Assembly: GCA_032718475.1 (NCBI GenBank)
Contig: JAUCBJ010006256.1
Coordinates: 9,229 to 73,228 of the forward strand
DNA: 64,000 nt
Direction of reading: 5' to 3'
Source of the DNA: Nemertoderma westbladi
Lineage: Eukaryota; Animalia; Xenacoelomorpha
Within the stretch, counting starts at the first letter, position 1; the number at the start of each line of letters is the position of its first letter. Made by a program: the position numbers and the translations under genes. The notes beneath the pieces are model-generated. The model saw only the letters and a list, made by a program, of their open reading frames with translations. It did no database searches and had not been told where the DNA came from. Below, one piece after another: positions 26,505 through 38,977 of the stretch.

Positions 26505-29135
26505 ATTTTATTTATTATTTATTGTTTTAAACCAGGCTTATAATTACAATGTAATATAAATTCCCCATAATAGTAGCACAGGTAAATTGGTAGAGCCCTA
26601 CAGTAGCGTACAGTAGAGCCCTACGGTAGCGTACAGTAGAGCCCTACGGTAGCGTACAGACATCATTAATATAAGTAGTAAAAACCAAAATTCAATATGC
26701 ATTGCACCCCGAGTCGGCCGTTATAAAAAACAAAAGTTAAACAAGTGAAGGAAGTACAAATACAAAATGTACATAATTTACAATAAAATATTAACATCAC
26801 AGTTATATATAATATATACAATAAAATATTTAACAGTCATCAGCGAAATTTTCACCAAAGATGCGGCTCGTTAAAGAAGTAGTTGCTGCTACAGTTTGGA
26901 CTAGAACGTTCACAGACTCATTCACGCGATGCAACAGCGACTCCCTAGCATTGTAGCGGATATGAATGAGTTTAGGAAGGTTGAGTGTTCCACAAATTAA
27001 TGATACACTACAATCGTACTTGAACCCAAATAGCTTCCTGATAATAATATTGTACGCTACACGGAACCTATCAAAAATTGAATAAGTATAGTTACGCCTA
27101 GCCCAAAGTGATATACAGTAAGTCTGACTACAGTATGAACGGAACAACCGAAATTTTACATTTCGTGAACATTTACTGAACTTACGTATTAGAAAGTTAC
27201 CTCTTCTATACAGACTGGAAAGTTGATTTAGAATATCGTAGCTATCGTCTGTAAAACAATGAAATATGTGCCCTAAATACTTATATTAACTTACAGTTTC
27301 TAACTTTTTACCATTAATTGAGACGCTAGTTACAGTAGAAGTTTTTAGGGACTTTGGAATATAACACATAAACTTAGACTTTTTAACATTAGTTACAATC
27401 GAGTGCTTAATTGCAAAATCTTCATATGCAGAAATAAGTTTCCGCATGCCAGCTATAGAATTTGAGGCTAACGCCAAGTCGTCTGCATACATTAGATGAT
27501 CACATCTACAGTTATGCATCTGACATCCTACATTCATGCCATGTAGAGAGCACTTTATAAGTGACCTGATAAAATACTGCCCTGATTAGTCCCATTAGTA
27601 ACCCTAAACCCGCTAGAAGTACACCCACCCCACCTAACTGTAAGAGTTTGGAACCGATACCAATACCTAAGTACTCTAATGTAAAATAGTGGTATATCAC
27701 GGTCTACGAGCTTTGTGAATAATATATAGTGATTAACTAGGTCGAATGCCTTACTGGAGTCTATAAAACATATGTAAACTGGACTATCATTCTCTAAATA
27801 GTACTGTATAATTTATTTTAAAGTATAAACACATAATTCTGTACCAGACTTGTTTTTGTAACCGAACTGGGAATCTGTAGTTGACAATTTGCTACCAAAC
27901 CTATCAAGATATATTAATTCTAGAATTTTGCTACTGATTGTAGCGAGTGATATACCTCTATAATTATCAAAGCTAGTGATATCCTCATTCTTATCCTTTA
28001 CAATGGGGAGTATATTGCATCGGATGAGGTCGTCTGTAACGTAACCATGGATATTAAACAAACTAAATGCGCATGCCAAATGGGAAAACAAACTAGCCGT
28101 ACCATTGGTGTAAATTTCACTAGTTAGCCCATCTGGACCAACTTTATTTGAAGACAGTCAGCCGACAGCAATGCTACTTCAGTGTTTTGCACCAACATAT
28201 CATTGCTGAAAGTCACATTATTAAATAAAGGCTCAACATTGGCTTTGCCAGAATCATCGTTTACCCTATTATATAGCTCATGGAACTTTTCTTTAAATAA
28301 TGAACAAATTTCTTCATCACCAACAGCTGTGCCAACTCTACTGGAGAGGGGCACATTGCTACTACAATGTTGCGAACGTCACTCCAGAAATCGTTTCGGT
28401 TTTGGGAATACAATTGATTGGGAATTGGTTTTGGTTATGGTTATGGGTTTGGGGATTCGGCAAGTTTATCTGAACGTATTTGTGAATCTTTATGTTTACA
28501 TTGTTTCATGGCGCGCTTAAATTCAATTTGGGCGTGTGCATATTCACGAAAAATCGGTCCGTCTCGGGGGCACGCGTTGTACGCCATATTTTAAAATATA
28601 ATCGTGACTCATTCGACATACAATCAGATCTGGCACCTTTCATTTTAGGAATTGTTTGATCTGCAGCTTGTCATAAAGCATTTATTATATCATTATAATA
28701 CTTATTAATAGATTCCTTATGTAGAATATCATTACATTGAGCATTCTCTCCTTGGTGTCGACTTTTAGCGAACTCCTGTTTACTCAGATTACAGTCATTC
28801 GGATCCGAACCGCCTACCAAGTCTAGCAGTAAGGACTTGGCACCCTTCAGGTCAGTATCACGGAATCATGGCCACGGACCAACGATCGACGATATGGCAT
28901 TCTTGTGAAGGCCACGCACATGGGCCGTCCAAACGTATGCAAGAACATCATCTTCAATGTGACAGCAATGAAGTCTAATGCATTCAGCTTCACATGCCGC
29001 TGCCATACCAGGCACCAGGTAAAAGCTACCAAAGTTAAAAAAAAAATGACAGTCCTGACATTATCTGACAGTTCAGTACAGCAGTATAACGAAGTTCAGT
29101 ACAGCAGTACATACAGTACAGCAGTCTGATGTGGT
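26505..29135 (-). mobile_element. Internally deleted RTE-X-like LINE (ORF1-like N-terminus plus RT and C-terminal region)
   Basis: NYRGISL, QFGYK, HLMYADDL, FRVAYNIIIRKLF; minus frame at ~28720-29010 reads like an ORF1 N-terminus (DDVLAYV...DLKGAKSLLLDL...RHQGENAQCNDIL); many stops and frameshifts. Confidence 0.75.
26590..26658. repeat. 23-bp tandem repeat x3
   Basis: GTAGAGCCCTAC(A/G)GTAGCGTACA. Confidence 0.9.
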
Positions 29136-29143
29136 TTAGACCT

Positions 29144-30205
29144 TTAGCACTCAGACATCATGTGTCTGAGTTTAAAAAATAAGCCAATGTTTCTGGACAG
29201 TTTTTTGTAAACGTGAAGGGTATGAGCTTTCCAGAATAATTTGTCATCAATTAGGATGCCAAGATATTTTGTGGCAGAAAAAAGTTTTAATGGATTTGTT
29301 ATTAATTTTAATTTCAGGATTGGTTGAGTTGCTCTGGTGAGGGAGGGTGTTTGAGAAAATGACATACTCCGTTTTGTCGTAACTAAGAGATAGTTTATTA
29401 CAGGACAGCCAGTGGGCGACTTTAGTGAGTTCTGAGGAAGTTTCATCAATGAGACAATTGACAGAGTCAGAGTGGTTAGCTAAACTGGTGTCATCTGTGA
29501 ATAGAACGGAATGTAGTTTGGTAGATGAGGGAAGATCATTGATGTAAATTAGAAAGAATAGGACGCCCAGGAGAGACCCTTGGGAAACCCCACAGAGTAT
29601 AGGCTCAAGCATTGATTTTGTTGTACCTATGCTGACGAATTGGAAGTGGTCGGAGAGATAATTCTTGATCAGATTTAGAGGTGGACCTCGAATTCCATAC
29701 CACTCTAGTTTCTTTAACAAAATGTTGTGGTCAATTGTGTCGAAGGCCTTACGAAGGTCTAGGTATACAACCAGTGAGTGTTTTTTATTGTTGAGGGCAT
29801 CCCGAATTCTTTCAGTTAGGACAAGCAGGGCATGAGAAGTAGAGCGGTTTTTTTAGAAATCCATACTGCTCGGGAGTTAATTTGTTATTAACTGTAAAAT
29901 AGAATGTTGATCGAATAAGATTTTTTCAAATATTTTGCCGAAAATTGGTAGAAGGGAAATTGGCCTATAATTAGAAGGGTCAAATGGATAGCCAGACTTG
30001 AAAACTGGTATGACGTTGGCTATTTTCATTGAGTCAGGGAAGGATTGGGCTGAAATAAATGCATTGAAAAAATCAGATAGGTAAAATGCCAAAGGTTCAG
30101 CAGCTAATTTGACTAGAGATATAGGGATTGGGTCGTTTGTAGATTTATTTACGTTTAGAGATGTTATTATATTGTAGATTTCTTGAGGACAAGTCAAATT
30201 CAAAT
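29144..30205 (-). mobile_element. CR1/L2-group LINE RT fragment
   Basis: NYRPISLLPIFGKIFEK, YLDLRKAFDTIDH, GVSQGSLLG, FTDDT, KYLGILID. Confidence 0.9.
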
Positions 30206-30344
30206 TGGTTTTTTATTCTTCCTTTCCATATAGCTTACAAAATTGCACATATGGATGAAGATGATATTATGGAAAGAGAGAACAGGGCAGCGACTAATAG
30301 CAGAGCTAGTGGTTGCCACTACCCTAGGTTAAGGTGGTGGTAAG

Positions 30345-33000
30345 AGATTACGGGATGGGAAGGGGAGTGGGGGGGGGGGGGACCCTGGTATAGCATTCCA
30401 GATGGAATGGCCTTGAAAACTCATGGAACGTTGTCTGGACGACAGTCTTGCAAGAGGGGTATAGAAATTGCGATTACAAGCTGCTCGGGTATTGCAGTTG
30501 TAAATTGTCGATGTTTTAGAAAATAGTTCACCAAGTTCAGAGTTGGAAGGATTAGAGTTGGCATGAATGTCAAACATAAATAGAGATACTTGTAGCTTAA
30601 ACATTAGGTCGAGAGGGAGTATATTGAGCTGTTTGTAGAGTGGTTTAGAGGAAGCTTGAGAGTTACTGAAGGTGATGCAACGGAGAAACTTATTTAGTTT
30701 AGTGCGTAGCGTTTTTAGTGTAGTTGAATGAGTGCTGCCCCAGAGAAGAAGTCCATAAAGCAGATATGGAATGAATTAGAGTATAGTATAGCTGGCGGAG
30801 GATATGAAGAGGGAAAATATATCTGAGTTTGTAGAAGAGTCCTGCTGTTTTGGATATTTTCTTGACGAATGTTGAATGTGGGTGTTCCAGGAGAGTTTAT
30901 TGTCAACCCATATACCGAGCAATTTTGTATGGCTTGCGAATTTGATTGGTTTATTCTGGATTGATATAGTCGGCAGATTAGTCTGGTAAGTTATAGAGTT
31001 GGAAAATATAGTATTATTTAGTTAAGTTCAGGGAAAGACAGTTATCAGTGAGCCAATTAGCAATCTTATCCAGTTCAGTATTAGTATCCGTCAGTAGATC
31101 ATAGATATTTGACTGGGATTGTAAAAGTGTAGTGTCGTCTGCAAAAAGCATGGAGAGTAGCTGTGAGGGGTTGGGGAGATCATTTATATATAATAGAAAG
31201 ATGATGGGAGACAGAGTAGACCCTTGGGGAACTCCAGATGTTAGAGGGAGAAGAGAATATCGGAAGCTTTCAATAGATACGAATTGTAATCTAGATGATA
31301 AGAAACTAGAAATTAGTTGAAGCGGTAGACCACGAATTCCATAGGAGTTTAGCTTAGATAATAGGATTTTATGGTCTAGAGTATCGAAAGCTTTCTCTTA
31401 AGGTCAATGTAAATCGAACAAGTAGACATTTTGTCATCTAGGGCTTGGTAGATTTGGTAATTATTAGTCAATTAGTCATTATTCGTAGCAGAGTTAGGAT
31501 TGAGATGTAGGATATTATAGTGTACCTCAACCGGGGAAGTTTTCAGCAGAGAAAATGAGTTAGGACTAGTATGATTGACATAGCGTAGGGGGGAACGACT
31601 AGATTTAGGTACATATATCACTAGCAAGTGTAGAACCAATGGAAGAAAAGTGTTCATTCAGGATATTAGCAATGTGAGTTGGGTCTGTTATAGTCTCCGT
31701 TGCATCTCCAGTACGTAAGATAAGTTTCTTGGGTGAATTTAGTTGGCGAGAGTTGTTAAGTGCGGTGTTTATAATTAACCAGGTTTTGCGTAGGTTATTA
31801 GAATTTTTAGCAAACTGAGTAGAGTAGTATAATTTTTGTGCTGCTTGTATACTTGCAGTTAGTGTGTTACTGTATTGTTTGAAATTATTGTGATTAGATA
31901 CTGTAGGATTTTTTATATAAGTACGATACAGTATATTCTTTTTTATTGTGCAGTTTATAAGGTTGCCTGTCATCCACGGTTTTCTAGGTATTTTTTTGAA
32001 AGGTATACGTTTTTTTGGAACATGTTTGGAACATAGTTTGGTTAGGTCGTCAAAAAAGATGTCAAATTTCTCACCACTAGGGATTGAACGTGAGGTGTAA
32101 GACCACGTGGAAGAATTTTGTATGTCTTGTAATAGATGTTTAGATTTAAATTTTTAAAAGTCAAATATTTCACGGTTTTTAGGTTTATTAAAGTAGCATG
32201 AGTAACGTTGGAAAACTGTGAAGCAAGGAAAGTGGTCGGAGGTGCCAATTAGAGATTGAAAGACTCCCGGGGAAGAAAACGAAGTCGTGATATTAGTTAT
32301 TATATATGGTCAATTGTAGTTTCCGAGTAAGGTGTTACTCGAGTAGGACTAGATATTAGTGGCAGAAACCCATACGAATTGAGGAGGCCAGTATATTGTC
32401 GAGAGCGGGTAGTTACTTTAAAGAGGTCAATGTTCATGTCGCCAGTTAGAATGACGTCATATTTATTATTAGATAGTGAGAGTAGCATGTTGTCTAGCTT
32501 GGAGAGAAATGTATCAATGTGAACAGGTTCCGGGCGGTAGATAGTTCCAATAACAACAGATCTGTTATGTGGACGTTTTATTTCTATCCATGAGTTTTCT
32601 AGACCGGCTACTTTTAGATCTTTACGGTCTGTTTATGTAAACGGCAGATCCACCTCTATGTAATCTGCCCGTTGTACGATTATCCAGAAATGGGCCGTAA
32701 TAATCTGGAATTATATATTGGTCTAGGAGGTCGTCATCTGATATGAAAGTCTCAGTTAGAGTAATAATGTCGAATGTATGTTTGAGGGTTAGGAGATAGT
32801 CCGTCAAAGCAGATAGGTTAGCATTTAGACTCCTACAGTTTAGGTTAAATACCGTTAGTTCGTTTCTAGAGTCTGGACAGTTATTGTAACTAGATTTTGA
32901 GAATTCATCATTGAAACGTTTTTCAGTGTAGTAGCCTTTATCAGAGTTTAAGTTTGTTATATTGTTGTTATGGTCTACGTGACTGAAAGTTTGTCCAAAG
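30345..33000 (-). mobile_element. Decayed CR1/L2-group LINE ORF2 (AP endonuclease plus RT plus C-terminus)
   Basis: DIITLTETF, GGSAVYI, ILTGDMNIDL, PTRVT...TTIDHI, PWMT, GVPQGSTLSP, FADDT; multiple frameshifts. Confidence 0.92.
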
Positions 33001-33065
33001 TTTGAGAAGTCTCAAGTACATCTTCAGATGACTGTGGTTTGACCTCGAAGATATCTTTGTGGGGC

Positions 33066-33129
33066 GAGACACGTATGGCGAGCCATCAGCGAACTGATAT
33101 AATTATACTATGGCCGTTTTTCAAAAGTC

Positions 33130-33163
<34 letters not shown>

Positions 33164-33622
33164 GGAAGCCATAAATGTCGGAAGCCATAATCGAAGTTTA
33201 TATCTTCAGCTAAATTGTATGGTTGAGTCATTTTGAACGGTCTCTCCATGGAAATTAATTACTTAGCACCATACAATTAAAGTTATTTTGCACAGAAATT
33301 AGATATCTGGAATCCATGTACCCCATTCCATTATAGTTTTTTATTTTTTCAAGTGATTTGCGTTAATAAATGTATTTTTAATTGATTTAAACATAATTAA
33401 CATTGTAAATTCATACGCTGATTCCATTCTCCCCCATAGAGCCTAAGGCATGGCAAGGGCAGCCGTGCCCAATAATATTTCTTGAAGTTTTACATTACTA
33501 ACATTGCAAGCTAAAGTCTTTGACCAAGCCAGTGCCTATGCTAGTACACAAGGACATAGTAGTCCAGTAGAAGGAATAGTGCTCCTTCAATACAGTACAT
33601 CTCAACAGACATCAATTCATTT
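33066..33622 (+). repeat. ~550-bp direct repeat, copy 1 (HINE-like: hairpin ATGGCGAGCCAT, (GT)n)
   Basis: Nearly identical to 34747-35280. Confidence 0.9.
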
Positions 33623-33626
33623 TCCT

Positions 33627-34746
33627 GGTGTTCGGACACTTCCCCCCCGGACACTTGCCCCCCGGACACTTCCCTCCCGGACAGTTCCCCCCCGCTCAAG
33701 TAGGACACTTCCCCCCCGGACACTTCCCCCCCAGACACTTCCCCCCCGCGGACACTTCCCCCCCGACTGTTCTTAACTTCGCACATTCGTATTTTTCATT
33801 TTGTAAGGTAAACGGACCGCTTGTATCCAGATAAGTTGTATCCAATTTTCCTTTCGTAGCTCAGAAAGTGATCTTTTGCATCCCGATTTTACATTTTATA
33901 TCCAAGTTTTATTTATGGGTTTTATCAATGCAATTACATCGTATTGTTTGCTAATCTTTAAACAATTAATTATATTAGATGACCTATAAATTCCATCCCC
34001 GGAATGATATACTGTTTTTATTAACTATAGAATTATAATAATTAATTGTTTTAATTATAGGTATTATTATGTAATAATAGTCTTCTTTAAATTGTAGCAG
34101 ATGGGGATGAATTATTATTGTTGCAATCAAAATTATACCTCTCCAGGGTAAAATCGACATGCGTCGACCTGTATTCTGTGTTCAGCATTACATATTGATA
34201 TACATATTACTACTATACATACTATATAGATATTATACACACTACATATTAAATTTCCTGGTTACTTGCAATATTTTTAATAGGGTTTTGTTGAATTATA
34301 TAATATTGTAGTAATTTATATATTAAATTGGTTAACATTCAATACAGCTCCTACTTTAGGCTTAGTCAATTTATTATCTGATGATACAAACATGAATTAA
34401 ATATTTCAAAGTGGTCTTAAGTCTTTCACCACGGGCTCTCAGGGAAATGCCGGGGTCTGGGGGCGATAACCCCCAAGAAAAGAAGCGGGTATTTAACCTG
34501 AATAATTTTAATTGGGGGCTGCCGCCCCCAATTAAAAGAAATTAAAAGAATTAAAGGAATTCAAAGAAACACAAACAAAACGTTTCTTTTATAATTTTGA
34601 AAAAACTTGTCTAGATACAACTTGTCCTGTAACCATCTTTAACTTTTGTTTATTGCTTTGATGCACCCAGATTAATTTTAACACTTTAACTGGGGGGGAA
34701 GTGTCCGGGGGGCAAGTGTCCGAGGGGGAAGTGTCCGGGGGGGAAG
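33627..34746. mobile_element. MITE with arms of ~15-bp GGACACTTCCCCCC repeats; right end truncated
   Basis: GGACACTT(C)n units at 33634-33765 are inverted to GGGGGAAGTGTCC units at 34693-34746. Confidence 0.75.
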
Positions 34747-35915
34747 GAGACACGTATGGCGAGCCATCAGCGAACTTATATAATTATACTTTGGCCGTTT
34801 TTCAAAAGTCTGTGTGTGTGTGTGTCGGAAGCCATAAATGTCGGAAGCCATAATCGAAGTTAATATCTTCAGCTAAATTGTATGGTTGAGTCATTTTGAA
34901 CGGTCTCTCCATGGAAATTAATTGTTTAGCACCATACGATTAAAGTTATTTTGCACAGAAATTAGATATCTGGAATCCATGTACCCCATTCCATTATAGT
35001 TTTTTATTTTTTCAAGTGATTTGCGTTAATAAATGTATTTTTAATTGATTTAAACATAATTAACATTGTAAATTCATACGCTGATTCCATTCTCCCCCAT
35101 AGAGCCTAAGGCATGGCAAGGGCAGCCGTGCCCAATAATATTTCTTGAAGTTTTACATTAGTAACATTTCAAGCTAAAGTCTTTGACCAAGCCAGTGCCT
35201 AGGCTAGTACACAAGGACATAGTAGTCCAGTAGAAGGAACAGTGCTCCTTCAATACATCTCAAAAGACATCAATTCATTTGCCTGTGCCTACCAACGCGT
35301 GCTCCATAACATAACATATATTCTTGATTTCCATCACCTCTCACCACAATTATTATTAGTAATTAAAAGTTTCAATTCGGTTTGTCTTTCCGTTATCTGG
35401 TTATTCAGTTATTGCATTATTAATAAATAAATGTTTTAAAATACATCTTACGAAATATGGTTAATAATTAAAACTTGTCGCTAACATTCTCGCTATGGGG
35501 GTTTTAAGGAGTGCTGATTACATTTCTGATGTCAGTTTTCACGTTTACATAAATCTAGTCTGTCTGTCTGTCGGTCATTCTGTCAGTCAGTCTGTCAAAA
35601 CATAAAAGAGAATTCAAATTAACTAACATTCTCGCTATGGGGGTTTTAAGGGGTGCTGATTTCATTTCTGATGTCAGTTTTCAGGTTTACATAAATCTAG
35701 TCTGTCTGTTTGTCGGTCTTTCTGTCAATCAGTCAGTCTGTCAAAACTTAAAAAAGTATACAAACTAACTAACATTCTCGTTATGGGGGTTTTAATGGGT
35801 GCTGATTTTATTTCAGATGTCAGTTTTCACGTTTGAAAAAATCTAGTCTGTCTGTCTATCGGTCTCTCTGTCAGTCTGAACTTCTGTACTGTGGTTGGCA
35901 TAACGCCATATACCT
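34747..35915 (+). mobile_element. HINE/Helentron-like element: direct-repeat copy 2 followed by three ~140-bp tandem units with (GTCT)n
   Basis: CTAACATTCTCGCTATGGGGGTTTTAA units at ~35481, 35623, 35769; terminal hairpin TGGCATAACGCCA near 35896. Confidence 0.6.
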
Positions 35916-36055
35916 AACACTAATAATACAGTCTACAATACAGCCTATCTACAGTACAGAACGGATTTTTTGCCATGAAGAGCAATAAATGTCATTAATA
36001 CTATCCACCAGTATACCTACTCCAAGAGCCTCCCAATAAAACATGTATTCCAGCA

Positions 36056-36122
36056 TGACGTCCACTGCACGTCTTCGTGCTGTCCATGGTGACGTGCAGT
36101 GGACGTCATAGGCTCTAAGGGG
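36056..36122. mobile_element. Solitary piggyBac-like terminus with a subterminal inverted repeat
   Basis: ATGACGTCCACTGCACGTC and GACGTGCAGTGGACGTCAT (perfect 19-bp IR), then AAGGGG|TTAA. Confidence 0.55.
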
Positions 36123-36126
36123 TTAA

Positions 36127-36485
36127 GCAACACGGTCCCTACTTCGCCCTGTCGACACCCCAGCCATTTTTCACCAATCCTTTTTTAGAGTTTTTTTTAT
36201 TTTTTTGGTATTGGTGAAAGTTCTACAACATTAGTAGATATGTTTTTATGATAGCTAGTATTTTTTTAAATTATAAAAAATGTTAAAGTCCATGATATTT
36301 CAGGTTAAACTGTTGAAGAATATATTAATGACCAAAATAATTTCCAAAAATTACTAGCTAGTAAAAAATACTAGCTATATACCATAAAAAAATCTACTAA
36401 GGTTCTAGAACATTCACTAATATAAAAAAGCACTCAATATCACAAAAAAATAAAGGTTAAAAAAACTCATTCCGGACCCTTTTGC
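36127..36485. mobile_element. Palindromic MITE flanked by TTAA
   Basis: TTAA|GCAACACGGTCC ... GGACCCTTTTGC|TTAA; inner arms inverted (TTAGTAGAT...TAGCTAGTATTTTT and AAAAATACTAGCTA...ATCTACTAA). Confidence 0.7.
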
Positions 36486-36574
36486 TTAAGGAGTCAAAAT
36501 TGTAGAACAAATTCCCGAAATTTGCGACGTTTGCGAAATTTGTGAAGAATCCGTCAGTTTCTGTGCCCTAATGG

Positions 36575-36925
36575 GTTCGTGACGAAACAATCAAATCTTA
36601 CACTACTGAATTTAAAAATGTATATAGATTGCAACTTATATTTGGCTACAAACTATTTTTCACCTTCGTATACTTTTCCAACCAACCAACTATATGTTTC
36701 ACTTGTACAAGTACACCCCTCTTTAATATATGGCATTTCTAATCTTGGGCATCCCCATTTTTCTACCCTGCATATAACCCCCACTACATAGAAAAATATA
36801 TAAACTCTGCTGAATTACTTTCTCACACTAACCGATCTTTTTCTAAACCTATCTATAAGTCTCTCGGCATTCTACCTATTGACCTCCTCTATAAGCACCA
36901 AGTAGGATCCCTCATGTATTATCAA
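36575..36925 (+). mobile_element. CR1/L2-group LINE C-terminal fragment
   Basis: VHPSLIYGI and SKPIYKSLGILPIDLLYKHQVGSLMY, similar to the region at 30580-30800. Confidence 0.65.
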
Positions 36926-37449
36926 TCTTCAATCAATGTTTTGATTGTATACAATCTTGGAAATTGTTGAAGAAAAATGAATTGAAATTGAAGTGTCTTT
37001 TATCAGACGTTTCAAGAATGTGAATGGTGGCTGATCGTCACGTATACTCACACCATTCGTTTGCCATAGAACCAGATAACACGCAGACTTCAGTTCTAGG
37101 ATGGCAAAGAAAATGGCAGGCAAGATTTACCCAAAGTACCTGCTGGGGGTATTGGGATTACCAGTCTCTACTTAGAGTCTCTGTACAGTCTCATATTGTT
37201 AAATGGCATTGAATTTTATGACATGAACACTGCGCAACATCCTGATATTTTGTATTATGAGTCTTCTGCAGTAATAATAGCCCAATGCAAAATGGACTAC
37301 TTTTTTTTGCAGCACAAGCTATACTGCTGCCCGGAATAAACTCACCTCCAGAGAGGGTTTGATTCAAGGAGCTTTCCAAACCATTCCTCATAGCTTATAC
37401 ACCAGTACGTAATATAGAAATTTGACATTAGTATACACATATTATACAA

Positions 37450-38735
37450 TACAATCATCCGGAATTCATCGTCCCGGCGGATTTATTAAGTAAAATTTAA
37501 GATTAAATTGCAAGGGACAAAATCGTACACTTATAAAATGCAAGCACCGATTACAGTTAAATTATTATTAAAATTATACTTATAGCATGTATTTCTTATT
37601 ACCTTTTAATTAATATTAAAGTATTCTAAAACTCGCACGTGCTTTTGTTTAAAATTCAGACCCGACACGCTATATGTCAATTTAATAAACGACACAGTTA
37701 GTAATTCCTGCCATGTTAGAACCCCTGGCCCTATTCCTGATTTGATACATTTCTTGCTGTACAGTCCATTCAGCAAATTTATCAGTGATGGTATCGGAAA
37801 GTTTGCGAACGCCGACTTGAACGAACTTCCCAGACCTTGATATTTATGTTTCTTATTTTCTTGTAGTAATATTAACAATAGGTTTTGAATTCTTTGGTTT
37901 GAACAGCTCGCTATTCGCATAATGACCGCAACAATTTCGCGGAAAATTTGCATTCGAAGATGCATTGTTTTTGTGAGTTGGTGGATAACCTGATTATTCG
38001 CATAACAACCTAAGTGCAAAAGCCCACGTAGAATCTTTCTGTATGTGACGTCCACCCCTTCTTTGTCCTGTTCAGAGAGACCTCATACATAAAATCTCGT
38101 GCTGTATAAAATCTTTGGCAAAGCGTATGACGTCCAAAGCTTCGCTATCGTATCTAGGCTAAACCACTCAGGGGTCCAACTAAGGCGGTGAAACTCGTTC
38201 GCAATTCCATACAATATGCTATCTATTTCTCCCCTCAGGTTGTCTGAACTGGAAAACAACTTAACTCCAAGAAATTTGATTTGTTCGCAGGGTTTCATTA
38301 GTTTTCCATTGATTTCTAGCACATTCGATTCTTTTTGTTGACTCGATATACTAATCCATTTAGTTTTTGTCTCCTCCATCTCCAGATCTATGTTGGAAGC
38401 ACCATCCTTTAATATGGTGGCCAGACGTGTGATATCGGCCTTGTCCATTGCATGCCAGGAGTAGATAGTCGTCTGCATAGCAAACTGCGCCTAACCACAT
38501 TGTTGCTATCGTACATCCAATTTGTGACTCCTCCATTGCGTACATGATATCTGATGTATAAAAGTTGAAAAGTAGAGGCGACAATATTGATCCCTGTTTG
38601 ACCCCGTTAGATACTGTGAAACCTTTGATGTCTAACTGATTACCAAATTTACAAAACATTTCTGTTACTTCGTAATAATTCATTAACAATAGTGTTGTGA
38701 AAGGGTGTGAAAGGGAAATATTACGCATGGCATTA
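37450..38735 (-). mobile_element. Divergent RTE-X-like LINE RT fragment
   Basis: GVKQGSILSPLLFNFY, IGCTIATMWLGAVCYADD, IKFLGV, LWTSYALPKILYS; frameshifted. Confidence 0.8.
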
Positions 38736-38793
38736 GTATTTCCAGTTTCGGATAACTTATTTTACCTTCCCAATCTATATATTTGCAGGAAAG

Positions 38794-38977
38794 ATGCAAC
38801 TACAACATATAATAATCGTTGTTCTGCTGTTCGTTGTATTGAGTGTTGATGGGAAGACACTTTTACGGGATAGGAGAAATAATCATGCCATTTCCACTAC
38901 TGTGAAAGCAGCAGTCGGAAAAAATAATGAACAAGCAATTCTAAATGGATTCCATAGCAACGGAGCATGGCCATCAG
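38794..38977 (+). CDS. Probable first coding exon of a secreted precursor protein (signal peptide plus RDRR site)
   Basis: Pyrimidine-rich acceptor ...TTTGCAG|G at 38788/38789; ATG at 38794; MQLQHIIIVVLLFVVLSVDG hydrophobic signal with V-D-G cleavage pattern; candidate phase-1 donor CAG|GTTAAA at 38977/38978 (alternatively reads to the stop at 38982). Confidence 0.6.

Noticed and set aside
28840-29020. Plus-strand cadherin-like reading (GTLQVS...YGILVKATHMGRP) ending at a GT
   Set aside because: Stops lie immediately upstream and the Ca-binding motifs are missing; the minus strand fits the ORF1 N-terminus of the adjacent LINE better
33066-35280. LTR retrotransposon or TRIM
   Set aside because: The direct repeats lack TG..CA ends, PBS, PPT and TSD, and the interior is a MITE
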